64,000 bases of DNA from Chrysomallon squamiferum (lineage: Eukaryota; Animalia; Mollusca), in NCBI GenBank assembly GCA_012295275.1, contig CM022665.1:42532001-42596000 (forward strand), written 5' to 3'. Under the pieces are notes generated by a model. The model did not search any database. It saw only the letters and a list, made by a program, of their open reading frames with translations, and was not told the origin of the DNA. The translations under genes were made by a program, and so were the position numbers. The stretch's first letter is position 1; each line of letters starts with the position of its first letter. This document shows, piece by piece, positions 63,441 through 64,000 of the stretch.

Positions 63441-64000
63441 CTGAAAAATTAACATCAAATTTAAATATTGGTCAAAATATAACCATAATAACCACAATAA
63501 TTATCATAAATTTATATGTATGTATGTATGTATGTATGTAATTGAATGTTTGCTATACTACAAAAATGCAGATGATCCTGAAATATCGATGTTATTAAAC
63601 ATTTGAACAAACACATTTTGACAACAGACATCCTAGTAAAGTTCAGGTCTGTTTATCAACATTCCAGAGTTTAAATATTAATCATATAATTGTCCCATAC
63701 AAGTAAATAGGGTGCCATTCTCAATTTTGACAATTTACAGAAAGGAACATTATTTCTATCAATTTTTTTCATTAAGTTGATCATATAGTTGTTGTTGTTT
63801 TGTTTTTGGTCATTTTTATTTGTTTGAATGTGTGCGATGCAGCATATGCAATGCAGTGAACATCTGTGAGCAGAAGTCAACAGGAAGTGACCAATATTGT
63901 GAATGATTCTATGTCAGTGACTGACAACAAGCCAAAATGTTGACACTTACGCCCAATGAGGTCATTCCAGGGCGTTAACCAGATTTTAAGAAATTGAGCT

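Overview
AT-rich, microsatellite-rich animal genomic DNA, probably an invertebrate with gene-body methylation such as a mollusc (inference). It holds two intron-rich genes in head-to-tail order on the minus strand. (1) The 5' part of a conventional beta-spectrin (SPTBN1-like): 15 coding exons from ATG 19468 down to 147, 864 codons, running off the left edge. It has a probable alternative first coding exon at 13821-13884 ([22 protein letters not shown]) and candidate upstream 5'UTR exons. (2) Nearly all of VPS39/Vam6 (HOPS subunit): 24 coding exons from 63440 to the stop at 34074, with exon 1 beyond the right edge. All exon phases chain correctly by hand. The most unusual structure is in VPS39, where two minisatellites are built from exon-intron junctions. 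A 57-bp array stacks 20 copies of one 3' splice site (49136-50260), and a 73-bp array stacks 8 copies of one 5' splice site (55079-55625). In both, the unit carries an in-frame stop, only the exon-adjacent copy yields the intact protein, and copies decay away from the exon. The 12.9-kb VPS39 intron carries several plus-strand splice signals (possible nested antisense transcript) and a nuclear-receptor half-site cluster. No rRNA, tRNA, CRISPR array or intact transposon was recognised.
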